A stretch of 64,000 bases of DNA from an uncultured delta proteobacterium (GTDB lineage Bacteria; Desulfobacterota; Binatia; UBA9968). Below are positions 31,128 to 41,590 of the stretch, piece after piece. The DNA lies in the NCBI GenBank assembly GCA_963804165.1, contig CAWDPO010000017.1, positions 96,001-160,000 on the forward strand. Direction: 5' to 3'. A model generated the notes under the pieces. It had not been told where the DNA came from and did no database searches. It saw only the letters and a list, made by a program, of their open reading frames with translations. Positions within the stretch are counted from its first letter, which is position 1; each line of letters starts with the position of its first letter. Position numbers and translations under genes: made by a program.

Positions 31128-31988
31128 TCAATTGCGATACTCCGCAGGCTGAGAAAGGACCTCGATGATGTCCGCAACGGTGGGAGCGGGGTCGGTCTGA
31201 TCCTTAAAGCCCGCCAACCGCTCGCAAAATTGGGCGGCGGCACGATGAAAACCGGTCGGTAGGCCGGCCGCTTCGAAGGCCGCCGCAATCTCATTCATCT
31301 CGCCGACGTAGCGCCATGCCTTAGGAACTGCTACGGCGGCGGCTCGGTCACATTTTTTCGCAAGTGCTGGTTGCGACACCGACCATTCATCGAGCAGCGC
31401 CTTTTCGACGCCTTCGTGGGCGGCGAATGAGCGAATCGCCAGAACCAAGACGTCGGTACACTTTGTCCACGCAGCATACGCCATTTTCAGCGCTGAGGCC
31501 GCGCCCGGTCGGTTGCCGATCGGTCGCGCGTCGAGCATGCTCGCGGCAAAAAGGCGGGCGATGTCTTCAGCGCGGTCACCGGAGAGATACAGCCGGGTCG
31601 TTCCGGCTTGCTTGACCGGTGAGCCGATGATGCCACCATCGACGAAGCTTGCGCCGGACTCGGTGACGATACCACCGATCTCCTCGGCCGTGGCGCGAGA
31701 CACCGCATTGGCATCGACGTAGACGCCGTGGAAGTTCATCGCCGCAACTTCCTTGGCAACATCTACCGCTGCGTGCGGCGGGCAGACGGATAAAACGACT
31801 TGGCTTTGTCTGACGGCGTCGTCGACGTTCACGATGTCCTTGAGACCTGCGTTGCCGGCCCGTTTGCGGGTAGCTGAACTCCGTCCGTTTGACGCCCAAA
31901 GCACTTGCGCGCCGCTCGTCGCGGCAGCGGCACCGATCGTTACGCCCATATTGCCGGGATGAAGGAGTGCGATTGTCTTAATATTCAT
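31128..31988 (-). CDS. NAD(P)-dependent oxidoreductase, 6PGD/HIBADH-like with DUF1932
   Basis: LLHPGNMG, VDANAVS, VDGGIIG, ASALKMAYA, KAWRYVGEMNEI. Confidence 0.9.
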   Translation of the reverse strand: MNIKTIALLHPGNMGVTIGAAAATSGAQVLWASNGRSSATRKRAGNAGLKDIVNVDDAVRQSQVVLSVCPPHAAVDVAKEVAAMNFHGVYVDANAVSRATAEEIGGIVTESGASFVDGGIIGSPVKQAGTTRLYLSGDRAEDIARLFAASMLDARPIGNRPGAASALKMAYAAWTKCTDVLVLAIRSFAAHEGVEKALLDEWSVSQPALAKKCDRAAAVAVPKAWRYVGEMNEIAAAFEAAGLPTGFHRAAAQFCERLAGFKDQTDPAPTVADIIEVLSQPAEYRN

Positions 31989-32106
31989 GGTCCGATCCTC
32001 CGTTACTCCAAGCTAGTCGAATTCGTCTGCTGCAGTCAAGAATCCTGCCGGCGTATAGGCAGGCGGATTTCTTGACGATGGTGTCGCGCGTTGATATGCC
32101 AACAGG

Positions 32107-33210
32107 ATGCTTATACTCAGCAACGAAGAAATCGAATCGTTTTTATCCATCACCACTTGCATCGATGCTCTGGAGAACGCCTATCGCAGTTGGTCCAAAG
32201 GCACGGCGATCAACCGGCCGCGCACGGATCTGGTGATGCCCTCATCCAGCGAAGCCGGCGTGTACGCGTTCAAATCCATGGAAGCCGGGCTTTACGATCC
32301 GCCGATCGTCGCCATGCGCATCAATTCCGATATCATCCGTTGGAACCAGCAGGGCAATCGCGTGGTCAAAACCAAAATTCCCTCGGCTCCCGGCGAGAAA
32401 TACGTCGGGCTTGTAATGTTGTTTTCCATCACAACCGGCGAGCCCCTGGCGATGTTTCCCGACGGCGTGGTGCAAAGAATGCGAGTCGCATCGAGCAGCG
32501 CGCTGGCGGCGCGCTATCTCGCGCGGGAAAATGCGAGCACTTTGGCGCTCTTCGGTTCCGGCTGGCAGGCAGGCAGTCAGTTGCCGGCGATGTGCGCCGT
32601 GCGCCCGATCAAAAGGGTCAACGTGTTCAGCCCGACTAAGGCCAATCTCGACGCGTTCGTAAAAGAACTCCAGCCCAAAGTCAGTGCCGAAGTGCGCGCA
32701 GCTGAAAGTCCTGAAGCAGCGGTGCGCGACGCCGATATTATCGCCACAACGACGAATTCTCTAACGCGCGTCGTCAATCCCGATTGGGTGAAGCCCGGAC
32801 TGCACCTGACATGCGTCCGCGTTCCGGAGCTTGGCGAGGAAACCATCCGGAGAATCGACCGCTTGGTGATTCATGCGCACCAACATGCGCCGAAAAATTT
32901 CATCGCCGGATACGGTGAAGAGGGAATCGAAGCTCATGACGCGATCGATATCATTGGCAAAGGTCCGGCGCGGGCGCACGAGGTCAAAGTCGAGCACCCG
33001 TTTTGGCTGTCCTCTCCTGAGCTCAAGGATCTGGTAACGGGCAAAGCGGAAGGCCGCGCCAATGCCCTGGAGTCTACGTGCTTTCTAAACAACATCGGTA
33101 TCGGTCTTCAATTCGCGGCCGTCGGCGCCGCGGTTTTTAATGAAGCCAAGGCAAAGGGCGTCGGGCGCGAGATTCCGACGGATTGGTTTTTGGAAACCGT
33201 GCACCCGTGA
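32107..33210 (+). CDS. Ornithine cyclodeaminase/mu-crystallin family protein
   Basis: TGEPLA, QRMRVA, LFGSGWQA, ADIIATTT, GIGLQFAAVG. Confidence 0.9.
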   Translation: MLILSNEEIESFLSITTCIDALENAYRSWSKGTAINRPRTDLVMPSSSEAGVYAFKSMEAGLYDPPIVAMRINSDIIRWNQQGNRVVKTKIPSAPGEKYVGLVMLFSITTGEPLAMFPDGVVQRMRVASSSALAARYLARENASTLALFGSGWQAGSQLPAMCAVRPIKRVNVFSPTKANLDAFVKELQPKVSAEVRAAESPEAAVRDADIIATTTNSLTRVVNPDWVKPGLHLTCVRVPELGEETIRRIDRLVIHAHQHAPKNFIAGYGEEGIEAHDAIDIIGKGPARAHEVKVEHPFWLSSPELKDLVTGKAEGRANALESTCFLNNIGIGLQFAAVGAAVFNEAKAKGVGREIPTDWFLETVHP

Positions 33211-33345
33211 ACCGAATCGCATTGACCCAACGATACGTATCGCTATCGAATTAAGACCTTGTTAATTATTCAGACCGCATTGACTAAAGCTTTTCATTGC
33301 GGTAGCCGTTAGTGAATCCAGAAACATGTCGAAAGGAGAATTTTT

Positions 33346-34002
33346 ATGGCTCTTCGAATAGGCGATGTCGCGCCGGATTTTTCGGCGGAGACGTCGGAAG
33401 GAAAAATTAACTTTCACGAATGGCTCGGCAATAGCTGGGCGATTCTGTTCTCTCACCCGAAGGATTTTACCCCGGTTTGCACCACGGAACTCGGTTACCT
33501 GGCCGGACTCAAGCCTGAGTTCGAGAAGCGCAACTGCAAGATCATCGGACTCAGCGCCGATCCGGTAAGTGATCACACGAACTGGGCCAAGGACATTCAA
33601 GAGACCCAGGGGCACGCGCCGAACTACCCGATCATCGGCGACGCGGATTTGACGGTCGCCAAACTCTACGACATGCTGCCGGCCAGCGAGACTCCTGGCA
33701 AACGCACCGCGGCGGACAACCAGACGGTCCGCTCGGTGTTTGTCATCGGTCCGGACAAGAAGGTCAAGGCGATGCTCATCTACCCGATGAGCACCGGCCG
33801 CAACTTCGACGAGGTACTGCGCCTGCTCGATTCGGTGCAACTTACCGCCAAGCACACGGTCGCGACGCCGGTCAACTGGAAGCCGGGCCAGGATGTCATT
33901 ATTCCCACGTCGGTCTCTGACGAGGACGCCAAAAAGAAGTATCCGCAGGGCTATAAAACGCTCAAGCCCTACCTGCGGGTCGTTTCGCAGCCCAAGGAAT
34001 AA
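33346..34002 (+). CDS. 1-Cys peroxiredoxin (Prx6)
   Basis: FSHPKDFTPVCTTE, YPMSTGRNFDEVLR. Confidence 0.96.
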   Translation: MALRIGDVAPDFSAETSEGKINFHEWLGNSWAILFSHPKDFTPVCTTELGYLAGLKPEFEKRNCKIIGLSADPVSDHTNWAKDIQETQGHAPNYPIIGDADLTVAKLYDMLPASETPGKRTAADNQTVRSVFVIGPDKKVKAMLIYPMSTGRNFDEVLRLLDSVQLTAKHTVATPVNWKPGQDVIIPTSVSDEDAKKKYPQGYKTLKPYLRVVSQPKE

Positions 34003-34085
34003 TTGTCTTTTACTTCTGAGTAATAATCGCACGGGCGAGTGTTGACCGGCAAAGCTACCGGCGCATTCGCCTGTTCGGCATATAG

Positions 34086-34802
34086 TCAAATCCCCAAATG
34101 CTGATGCAGCAGCTCCGGTTGCGAGCGGAGCTCCTCACGGGTTCCTTCGAAGACCACGCGGCCCTTCACGAGAATCACGTTTCTATCGGTTAGAGCCGAA
34201 ACGGCGGCGAAGTTCTTATCGACGATGATGGCGGCGATGCCGGATTCGCGAATCGTCCGGATAATGTGCCAGATCTCCTGCGCGATGAGAGGCGCCAGGC
34301 CTTCGGTCGCCTCGTCGAGTATGAGCAAGACAGGATTGGTCATGAGTGCGCGGCCGATGGAAAGCATTTGCTGCTCGCCGCCTGACAGTTGCTGGCCGCC
34401 GTGGGAAAGTCGCTCGGCGAGTCTTGGAAAAATTTCCAGGACGCGTTTGTAACTCCAATCATGCCGCCCGTCCGACTCGGGGCGCGCCGCCATGATCAGG
34501 TTTTCCTTGACCGTGAGATTCGCAAAGATGCCGCGACCCTCGGGAACGTAGGCGATGCCTTGGCGGGCGATCAGGTGAGGTGCGGCGCGAGTCATGATTT
34601 GCCCGTTGATTTTAACTTCACCGCGTCGCGGCGGGACATGGCCCACCAGCGAGCGAATCAGAGTCGACTTGCCCATGCCGTTGCGCCCCATCAGGCCTAC
34701 CGCTTCGCCGGCACTGATGGAAAAATCGATGCCGCGCAGAACGTGGCTCGCACCGTAGTAGGTGTGCAATTCACGGCATTCGATAATCGGGTGGCTGCTC
34801 AT
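34086..34802 (-). CDS. Branched-chain-type ABC transporter ATPase (LivF-like)
   Basis: GRNGMGKST, LSGGEQQM, LDEATEGLAP. Confidence 0.93.
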   Translation of the reverse strand: MSSHPIIECRELHTYYGASHVLRGIDFSISAGEAVGLMGRNGMGKSTLIRSLVGHVPPRRGEVKINGQIMTRAAPHLIARQGIAYVPEGRGIFANLTVKENLIMAARPESDGRHDWSYKRVLEIFPRLAERLSHGGQQLSGGEQQMLSIGRALMTNPVLLILDEATEGLAPLIAQEIWHIIRTIRESGIAAIIVDKNFAAVSALTDRNVILVKGRVVFEGTREELRSQPELLHQHLGI

Positions 34803-35557
34803 ATCGTTGAGTCCAAGCCACCGAGGTAAGCGGTTTGCACGTCACGATTGGCGCGAATTTCCTTAGGTGTGCCGGACGCTAGGACCCTTCCGTCGACCAT
34901 CACGGTGAGCAGGTCGGCCAATTGGAAAACCGCGTCCATGTCGTGCTCGACCAAGAGAACGGCATGACTTTCCGCGAGACGGCGGATCAATTCGATCATT
35001 TTCTGCGATTCCTCCGCGCCCATGCCGGCGAGCGGTTCATCGAGCAGTAACAATTGCGGCTGGGTGGCCAGGCACATGGCGATTTCCAGTTGACGTTGTT
35101 CGCCGTGGCTCAGCTCGAGCGCAAGATCGTTCACCCGCGCACTCAGATTTACCGAGCCCAACGCAGATCGGGCGTGCCGCAAAACGTCATCGTAGGAAAG
35201 CGCGTCGCGCAGCCAATTGAGCGCGTGCGGCACGCGTGACTGCGCCGCCAGGCGGCAATTTTCCAGCGCGCTGAATCCGGGAAAGATATTGGTCTTTTGA
35301 TAGCTGCGGCCAATACCCTGAAGTGAGCGCTGTTCCGGCGTGAGATCCGAAATCTCATCGCCGCGGAAAAGAATACTGCCCGACGTGGCTCGCAGATCGC
35401 CGGCCAGCAAATCGATTAACGTTGTCTTGCCGGCGCCGTTGGGTCCGATCACGGCGTGCAGCTCGCCGGTTTTGACGTCGAGCGACACGTGATCCACGGC
35501 AGCGAGGCCGCCGAAGCCTTTACACAATTCGCGCACCTGTAGAATCGTTTCGCTCAT
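34799..35557 (-). CDS. Branched-chain-type ABC transporter ATPase (LivG-like)
   Basis: Start MSETIL; GPNGAGKTT, LSHGEQRQLE, VEHDM. Confidence 0.93.
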   Translation of the reverse strand: MSETILQVRELCKGFGGLAAVDHVSLDVKTGELHAVIGPNGAGKTTLIDLLAGDLRATSGSILFRGDEISDLTPEQRSLQGIGRSYQKTNIFPGFSALENCRLAAQSRVPHALNWLRDALSYDDVLRHARSALGSVNLSARVNDLALELSHGEQRQLEIAMCLATQPQLLLLDEPLAGMGAEESQKMIELIRRLAESHAVLLVEHDMDAVFQLADLLTVMVDGRVLASGTPKEIRANRDVQTAYLGGLDSTI

Positions 35558-36561
35558 GCGTCGGTCTCGGGATCGAGATTTACCTGCCGGTACGAACGCC
35601 GGCGCAGCGCGGCGTCGATCAAGCCGCCAATGCCATGCGGTAACACGAGCACGATGACGACGATCAAGCTTCCCATGGCGAGCTGCCAGTGCTTGGCGTA
35701 TGCGCCCAGAACGGCCGGTGCGGAAAAAACTTCCTGAATCATGATGTACGCGAACGCGCCCAGCACCGCGCCATGGAGCCGGCCCATACCGCCGAGGATG
35801 ACCATCATCAAGACGATGCCTGACTGATGCCACGCCAGAATGTCCGGATTGACGAAGCCAAATTGGCACGCCGCAAGGTAGCCGGCCAATCCCGCCAACG
35901 CGCCGGCGAGAACGAAGGCGGCCAGTTTGTAACCGAATACCGGATAACCAATGGACCGCATGCGTCGCTCATTGGCGCGAATACCGGCCAATGCGCGGCC
36001 ATAAGGAGAATGCAGCAACCGGTCAAGAAAAAGATAAACGAGAAGCAAAAAAATCAGCGCTAAATAGTAAAACTGCACGGGGCTTTCGAGATCGAGAGGC
36101 TTGAGACCGAAAATACCAAGGTCCGGGCGCACGTAGATATAAATACCGTCGGAGCCGCCGCCTAGCCTGGTGTCGTGAAAGATCGAATAGAGCATCTGCG
36201 CGAAGGCGAGAGTGACCATGATGAAGTAGACGCCGGCGGTGCGGACGACCAAAAAACCGATGACGAGGGCGCCAATCGCCGCGGCGATCATCGCGGCGGG
36301 CAGAGTGAGCCACAGGTTGGCCGCTTCGTATTTCGGCGAGAGCGACGCCAGTGTGTAGGCGGCGATCCCGAAATACGCCGCATGTCCCAGACTGGTCAAA
36401 CCCGTGTGGCCGACGAGCAGGTCAAGGCTTAACGCGAAGATTGCCATGATCATGATTTTCGCGCCGAGCTGAACGTAGAAAGTCGCGCCGACCAAAGGGA
36501 AGAGTGCGAGCGCTAGGGCGGCGACAATCAGGATGTTGCGCGGCAGTGAGATCGGGAGCAC
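35554..36561 (-). CDS. ABC transporter permease (LivM-like)
   Basis: SLGHAAYFG, GVYFIMVTLAFAQ, VILGGMG. Confidence 0.92.
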   Translation of the reverse strand: MLPISLPRNILIVAALALALFPLVGATFYVQLGAKIMIMAIFALSLDLLVGHTGLTSLGHAAYFGIAAYTLASLSPKYEAANLWLTLPAAMIAAAIGALVIGFLVVRTAGVYFIMVTLAFAQMLYSIFHDTRLGGGSDGIYIYVRPDLGIFGLKPLDLESPVQFYYLALIFLLLVYLFLDRLLHSPYGRALAGIRANERRMRSIGYPVFGYKLAAFVLAGALAGLAGYLAACQFGFVNPDILAWHQSGIVLMMVILGGMGRLHGAVLGAFAYIMIQEVFSAPAVLGAYAKHWQLAMGSLIVVIVLVLPHGIGGLIDAALRRRSYRQVNLDPETDA

Positions 36562-36568
36562 GTCGGTG

Positions 36569-37426
36569 TCAAGCCTTGTTCGCGATCCCCTGGGGTCGCC
36601 ACAAAAGAATCACCGCCATCACCAGGTAAACGACGACGCCGGAGTACTCCGCCGCGAGCACTTTGCCGACCGTGTCGGCGACGCCGACTGCGAGAGAGGC
36701 AATCAGCGCGCCGTTGATCGAGCCGATGCCGCCGATCACCACGACGACGAAACAAATGATCAAGACCTGGTTACCCATGCCGGGAAAAACGGAAGAGATC
36801 GGTGCGGCGATGGTGCCGGCAAAGGCGGCCAGTGCGACGCCGACAGCGAACACCAGCGCAAACAGCAGCGGGATATTGACGCCGAGCGATGCGGCCATTT
36901 CCCTGTTGCTGTTGCCGGCGCGGATCATCATACCGACACGGGTGCGCTGGATCACGAAATAGAGCAGGGCGGCGATCATCAGACAAACCGCGGTGACGAA
37001 CAATCGATAAACCGGGTAGGAGAGCATCTCCGTTAGTGGAATCGAATAGTCCAATATTGCGGGCACGGCGACACCATGGACTTCATCACCAAAGAGAATG
37101 CTGCGCAGCTCTTCAAAAACCAAGATTAGACCGAACGTGAGCAGCACTTGATAAAGATGATCGCGCTTATATAAGCGGCTGACGACGGCAGTCTCCAGCA
37201 ACAGACCGATGCCGAAAGCAATGATGATCCCCAGAGGCAAAGCAAGCCAAAGACTGCCCGTGAGCTTGGCCAGCCAATAGGCGAGATACGCGCCGATCAT
37301 GTAGAAACTGCCGTGCGCCAAATTGATCACGCCCATGATACCGAAGATAAGCGTCAGTCCGCTCGACAGTAGAAATAACAGTAAGCCGTACTGGACGGCG
37401 TTTAATAACTGAATTAGATAAAACAT
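36569..37426 (-). CDS. ABC transporter permease (LivH-like)
   Basis: GLTLIFGIMGVINLAHG, VVVVIGGIGS, RPQG. Confidence 0.93.
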   Translation of the reverse strand: MFYLIQLLNAVQYGLLLFLLSSGLTLIFGIMGVINLAHGSFYMIGAYLAYWLAKLTGSLWLALPLGIIIAFGIGLLLETAVVSRLYKRDHLYQVLLTFGLILVFEELRSILFGDEVHGVAVPAILDYSIPLTEMLSYPVYRLFVTAVCLMIAALLYFVIQRTRVGMMIRAGNSNREMAASLGVNIPLLFALVFAVGVALAAFAGTIAAPISSVFPGMGNQVLIICFVVVVIGGIGSINGALIASLAVGVADTVGKVLAAEYSGVVVYLVMAVILLWRPQGIANKA

Positions 37427-37557
37427 GAAAATCTTTGTTCCAGTAGTTCCAATCGTTTCAAACGTTCCAGTCGTTCAAAACGCACGAAGGCATTTCGATA
37501 TCCGGTCGGTTGATTGGCGCGATTGACTTTTCAGTTTGGAACGCGACGCCCGCGCCG

Positions 37558-38766
37558 CTACATTTTACAACCCCGCGCCGGGTCGGCGAGGGCTTTGTGG
37601 GCGACGCTGACGAAGCGGTTTTCCCGGCCCACGACTTTGCGCAGATAAAAGTCTTGGATAGGATTGTGCGCCCTCGACATCGTCCATGGTCCGCGCGGGC
37701 TATCGATCCTGGCTTTCTCCATGGCGGCGATCATTTCTTTTCTTTTGCTAATATCGCCTTTGACCGCGTCGAGTCCGAGCGCGAGCAACAGCCCGGCATC
37801 GTAGCCTTGCACGGCATACACGTCCGGATCGATCTTGTGCGCCTTGGTGTATGCGGCACGAAACTCTTTATCGCGTTTGGTATTGAGGCCATCGGAGTAG
37901 TGCAGAGTGGTCTCCAATCCTTCCGCCGCGTTATCGACGGCGTCCAATACGCCGTCGGTCAAAAAGCCGGAGCCGAAAAGCGGAATGTTCTTGCGCAATC
38001 CCGCCGCGGCGTAATCTTTAATGAACTTCGCCGCGCCGCCGCCGGCAAAAAAGACAAATACCGCGTCAGGCTTGATCGAGGCAATTTCCGTGAGCAATGC
38101 TTGAAATTCCACATTCGGGAACGGAATCCACAAACCGCGCACGGATTTGCCGCCGGCTTTGATGAAGCCCTCGGTGAAGCCGGCAACCGCCTCTTCGCCG
38201 GCGCCGTATTTCCAGGCGAGCGAGACGACGTTTCGGATGCCGCGATCGGCGAGCACTTTACCCATTGGATAGGAAGGCTGCCAGTTGGAGAACGAGGTGC
38301 GAAAAATATTCGGCGCGCACAACGCTCCGGTAGCGGCGTCGAGCCCGGCGTTGGGAATGATCATGAGCGTATTATTTTCCTTGGCGATCTTGACCATTCC
38401 CATCTGCACGCCGCTGTGGACGGTGCCGACGAGCACGTCGACCTTGTCGCGCTGTACCAGTTTGTTGGTATTCTCCGGCGCTTTTGCCGGCTCGGCTTCG
38501 TCGTCGACGCTGAAGAATTCAAGCTCTCGCCCGCCGAGTTTACCGCCGCGCTCGTTGGCGGCGAGTTTGAAACCGTTTGTGATTGCGGCGCCGAGCTGAG
38601 CGTAGGTGCCCGTGTATGGCAGCATGAGTCCGACACGGATTTTCTGCGCTTGGGCGAGGGTGGGCGGCGTCGGTAAACCAGTGTACGCCGCCAGCAAACC
38701 GGCGGCGATTAAAAACTTCCTGCGGTCTAGTTTGTGATCAAGCATCATCCTTCTCCAATTCTCCAT
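37558..38766 (-). CDS. ABC substrate-binding protein, aromatic acid (benzoate) type, Tat signal
   Basis: DRRKFL twin-arginine motif; GLMLPYTGTYA, GTVHSGV, FRTSFSNWQ, DSPRG. Confidence 0.9.
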   Translation of the reverse strand: MENWRRMMLDHKLDRRKFLIAAGLLAAYTGLPTPPTLAQAQKIRVGLMLPYTGTYAQLGAAITNGFKLAANERGGKLGGRELEFFSVDDEAEPAKAPENTNKLVQRDKVDVLVGTVHSGVQMGMVKIAKENNTLMIIPNAGLDAATGALCAPNIFRTSFSNWQPSYPMGKVLADRGIRNVVSLAWKYGAGEEAVAGFTEGFIKAGGKSVRGLWIPFPNVEFQALLTEIASIKPDAVFVFFAGGGAAKFIKDYAAAGLRKNIPLFGSGFLTDGVLDAVDNAAEGLETTLHYSDGLNTKRDKEFRAAYTKAHKIDPDVYAVQGYDAGLLLALGLDAVKGDISKRKEMIAAMEKARIDSPRGPWTMSRAHNPIQDFYLRKVVGRENRFVSVAHKALADPARGCKM

Positions 38767-38779
38767 GTGTTTGACGCGC

Positions 38780-38853
38780 TGGAGTGGTGGAGTATCGGAG
38801 TACTGGAGTGTTCAGAATCCGGAACCCCATCACTCCAATACTCCATTTCTCCA
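38780..38853. repeat. Inverted arrays of TGGAGT(A/G) repeats
   Basis: tggagtggtggagtatcggagtactggagtg ... cactccaatactccatttctcca. Confidence 0.65.
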
Positions 38854-40401
38854 CTATTTCTCACGCAGCTTGAAACGCTGAATCTTCCCCGTCGCGGTCT
38901 TGGGCAGCTCGGCGACGAACTCGATCCAGCGCGGATATTTGTATGGCGCCAGCTTAGCTTTCACGTGGCGCTGGAGATCGGCGGCGAGGGTTTCGGTCTG
39001 CGCCACGTCGGGGCGCAGCACCACGTAGGCCTTCGGTTTGATCAGACCGTTTTCATCAGCTTGGCCGACCACGGCGGCTTCAAGCACAGCCCCGTGGGAG
39101 GCGACGGCGGATTCGACCTCAAAGGGCGAAACCCATATCCCGCTCACTTTAAGCATGTCGTCGTTGCGCCCTGAGTAGGTAAAATAGCCGTCTTCGCTTT
39201 CAGTGTATTTGTCGCCGCTTCGCGTCCACGGGCCGAGGAACGTGCTGCGGCTCTTTTCGCGGTTGTTCCAGTAGTGAGCAGCAGCCGTCGGACCCGCCAC
39301 TTGCAACTCACCGATCTCACTTTTGGCGACCGGCCGGCCGTCTTCGTCGACGAGCCGGACATCGTAGCCGGGCACGGGCTTGCCGGTGGTGCCGTAGCGC
39401 ACGTCGCCCGGACGGTTCGATAAAAAGATATGCAGCATTTCAGTAGAGCCCAGGCCGTCGAGAATATCCACGCCGGTGTGCTCCAGCCAGCGCCGGCCCA
39501 CCTCAGACGGCAATGCTTCGCCGGCGGAAGTGCAGCGGCGCAAACTAAGCTCTTCCCGCCTCGGTAACTCCGGACACGACAGCATCGCGCTGTAAAGCGT
39601 GGGGACGCCGTAAAAGATCGTCGGCCGATACTCGCGCAGGATACGGCAAACCGCTTGTGGCGTAGGCCGATCGCCGAGCAAGACCGTCGTGGCACCGACC
39701 GAAAGCGGAAAAGTGAGTGCGTTGCCGAGTCCGTAGGCGAAGAACAACTTCGCTGCCGAAAACACGACATCGCTTTCCTGGATACCGAGGACCGGTTGAG
39801 CATACGACTCGGCGGTACGAATCATGCTCGTTTGCACGTGCACCACACCCTTTGGCGTGCCGGTGGAACCGGATGAGTAGAGCCAAAAGCAGGCGTCGTC
39901 GGCGCGGGTCGGCGCGGCGGTGAAATCTGTGCCGGCCGTAGCCATCAAGTCTGATAGCCGTTGGTGCCGCGAGAGACTTTCTCCCGATACGACTACGTGC
40001 TTTAGGAACGGTTGGTCATCGAGGATCGGCGCAAACACCGGCAGCAGCGCTTCGGACACGACCAGAGCTTGAGCACGGCTGTCGCGCAGCATGAAATCGA
40101 AGTCACTGTCCATGAGCAGCGTGTTGACGGCGATCGGCACCATCCCGGCTTTGATCGCGCCGAGAAAGACGGACGGGAAATCGATAGTGTCGAGGAGGCA
40201 GACCATGACGCGGGTTTCCAGCGCCAAGCCGAGGCCCGTGAGTGCGTTGGCACAGCGGTTCACACGTTCGGCGAGAGCGGCGAAGCTATAGCTGCCGCGC
40301 TCATCAATATAGGCGGTTTTCTGCGGCCTAGTGGCGAGGTTCCGATCGATCAAATCCTGTGCCGCGTTGTAGCGCTCCAGTGTCGCTGTGTGCGCGCTCA
40401 T
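38854..40401 (-). CDS. Benzoate-CoA ligase family protein
   Basis: FWLYSSGSTGTPKG, SAAKLFFAYGLGN, LDGLGSTEMLHIFLSN, LPKTATGKIQRFKLR. Confidence 0.93.
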   Translation of the reverse strand: MSAHTATLERYNAAQDLIDRNLATRPQKTAYIDERGSYSFAALAERVNRCANALTGLGLALETRVMVCLLDTIDFPSVFLGAIKAGMVPIAVNTLLMDSDFDFMLRDSRAQALVVSEALLPVFAPILDDQPFLKHVVVSGESLSRHQRLSDLMATAGTDFTAAPTRADDACFWLYSSGSTGTPKGVVHVQTSMIRTAESYAQPVLGIQESDVVFSAAKLFFAYGLGNALTFPLSVGATTVLLGDRPTPQAVCRILREYRPTIFYGVPTLYSAMLSCPELPRREELSLRRCTSAGEALPSEVGRRWLEHTGVDILDGLGSTEMLHIFLSNRPGDVRYGTTGKPVPGYDVRLVDEDGRPVAKSEIGELQVAGPTAAAHYWNNREKSRSTFLGPWTRSGDKYTESEDGYFTYSGRNDDMLKVSGIWVSPFEVESAVASHGAVLEAAVVGQADENGLIKPKAYVVLRPDVAQTETLAADLQRHVKAKLAPYKYPRWIEFVAELPKTATGKIQRFKLREK

Positions 40402-40567
40402 CTGGACCTCCGAGTTCGGTCAGCCATCCTCTGTACCTCATAGGTCCCGGCGATACCGGGTCGGTAAGTTTTTACTATAGATGGTGTGTAAGGAGCAATC
40501 GGAGTCACCGACGCCGGACTGGTATGGGCTTATTACGTATCACGCGTCGCTATTCAGCCAACGTCCG

Positions 40568-41590
40568 CTACTTGAGATAGCCACGTTCCCGATAAAAGCG
40601 CTTCGCTCCGGGATGGAGCGGCACGTCGTACGGCGCTTCTTCGTCATTGGCGCAGAGTTGCGCCATGTCGAGCGGCTTATAGTTATCGGTGGAAATCAAG
40701 TCTTGGCGCTTTTCGATCGCTTCGCAGAGCGCATAGGCGACTTTATTCGGCATATCGGCGTGAACGATCATCGGCCAGCCGCTGAAATCGACGGTCGGTA
40801 AGTCTTCCGCGAGTCCGTTGAAGCGCGTTTTTGTCATCGTCGCCGGCCGGTAGCCGAGCGCTTTCATGCGTTTCAGCACGATGCCGTCGATGGGCAGAAA
40901 GCGAAACCCATGCTCCAAGGCAGTTTGTCCGCAGCTCTTGATGCCTTCGTCGTAAATCGCGTTGATTGTGCCTGTTTCTATCCCCTTGCGCCGGCTCGGA
41001 TCGCTTGGCCGCGGCGCGCTATGAAGCTTGGCGCCCCAGCGACGCAGATCGCCGAGCGAAAAACCCGCCGCGCCCAAAACTGCCGAGACCGTGAACATCG
41101 TGGCATTTCCAGCCAGCGAGCTTTTGGCTATCACGCCGGTGGAAATGCGCAAGGGAGTGCGTTCTTTGCCGATCTGTGACAGGGAAGTAATTCCCGTCGA
41201 TGCATGAACCGCAAAACCCATGAGGTCGTAGGAGGGGAAAACAGCGACAGTCCTGAGCGGCAACCGCTTTGGGAAGGGGCCCGTGCCGCGATACGCCATG
41301 GTCAAGAGCACCGAGGGATTCACCCATGCGAGCGAATACTTTCCTTCGGCGACCGCGATGATCTCGCGAAAACTGCCGGTGGTGAAGGAAATCGTGACCT
41401 CCGGTCGGGTCTCGGATTTCTTCGTGTCGAGAGAAAGCCTGAGCACGCGGCCGAGATCCGTGTCGGTTTGCAGCACTCCCTCTGCCGCGCGTTTGGTCTG
41501 ATACGAAAGCGAACTGTCGTAAAGTCCGGCGGCGATTTCCAGCAGCCCTTTGGCGCGCTGAATGCCGGCATTGTACCTTGTGGTGGCCAT
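40568..41590 (-). CDS. TAXI-like (PBP2 fold) protein without signal peptide
   Basis: AYRGTGPF..LPLRTVAVFP, GITSLSQI, VPLHPGAKRFYRERGYL C-terminus. Confidence 0.8.
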   Translation of the reverse strand: MATTRYNAGIQRAKGLLEIAAGLYDSSLSYQTKRAAEGVLQTDTDLGRVLRLSLDTKKSETRPEVTISFTTGSFREIIAVAEGKYSLAWVNPSVLLTMAYRGTGPFPKRLPLRTVAVFPSYDLMGFAVHASTGITSLSQIGKERTPLRISTGVIAKSSLAGNATMFTVSAVLGAAGFSLGDLRRWGAKLHSAPRPSDPSRRKGIETGTINAIYDEGIKSCGQTALEHGFRFLPIDGIVLKRMKALGYRPATMTKTRFNGLAEDLPTVDFSGWPMIVHADMPNKVAYALCEAIEKRQDLISTDNYKPLDMAQLCANDEEAPYDVPLHPGAKRFYRERGYLK

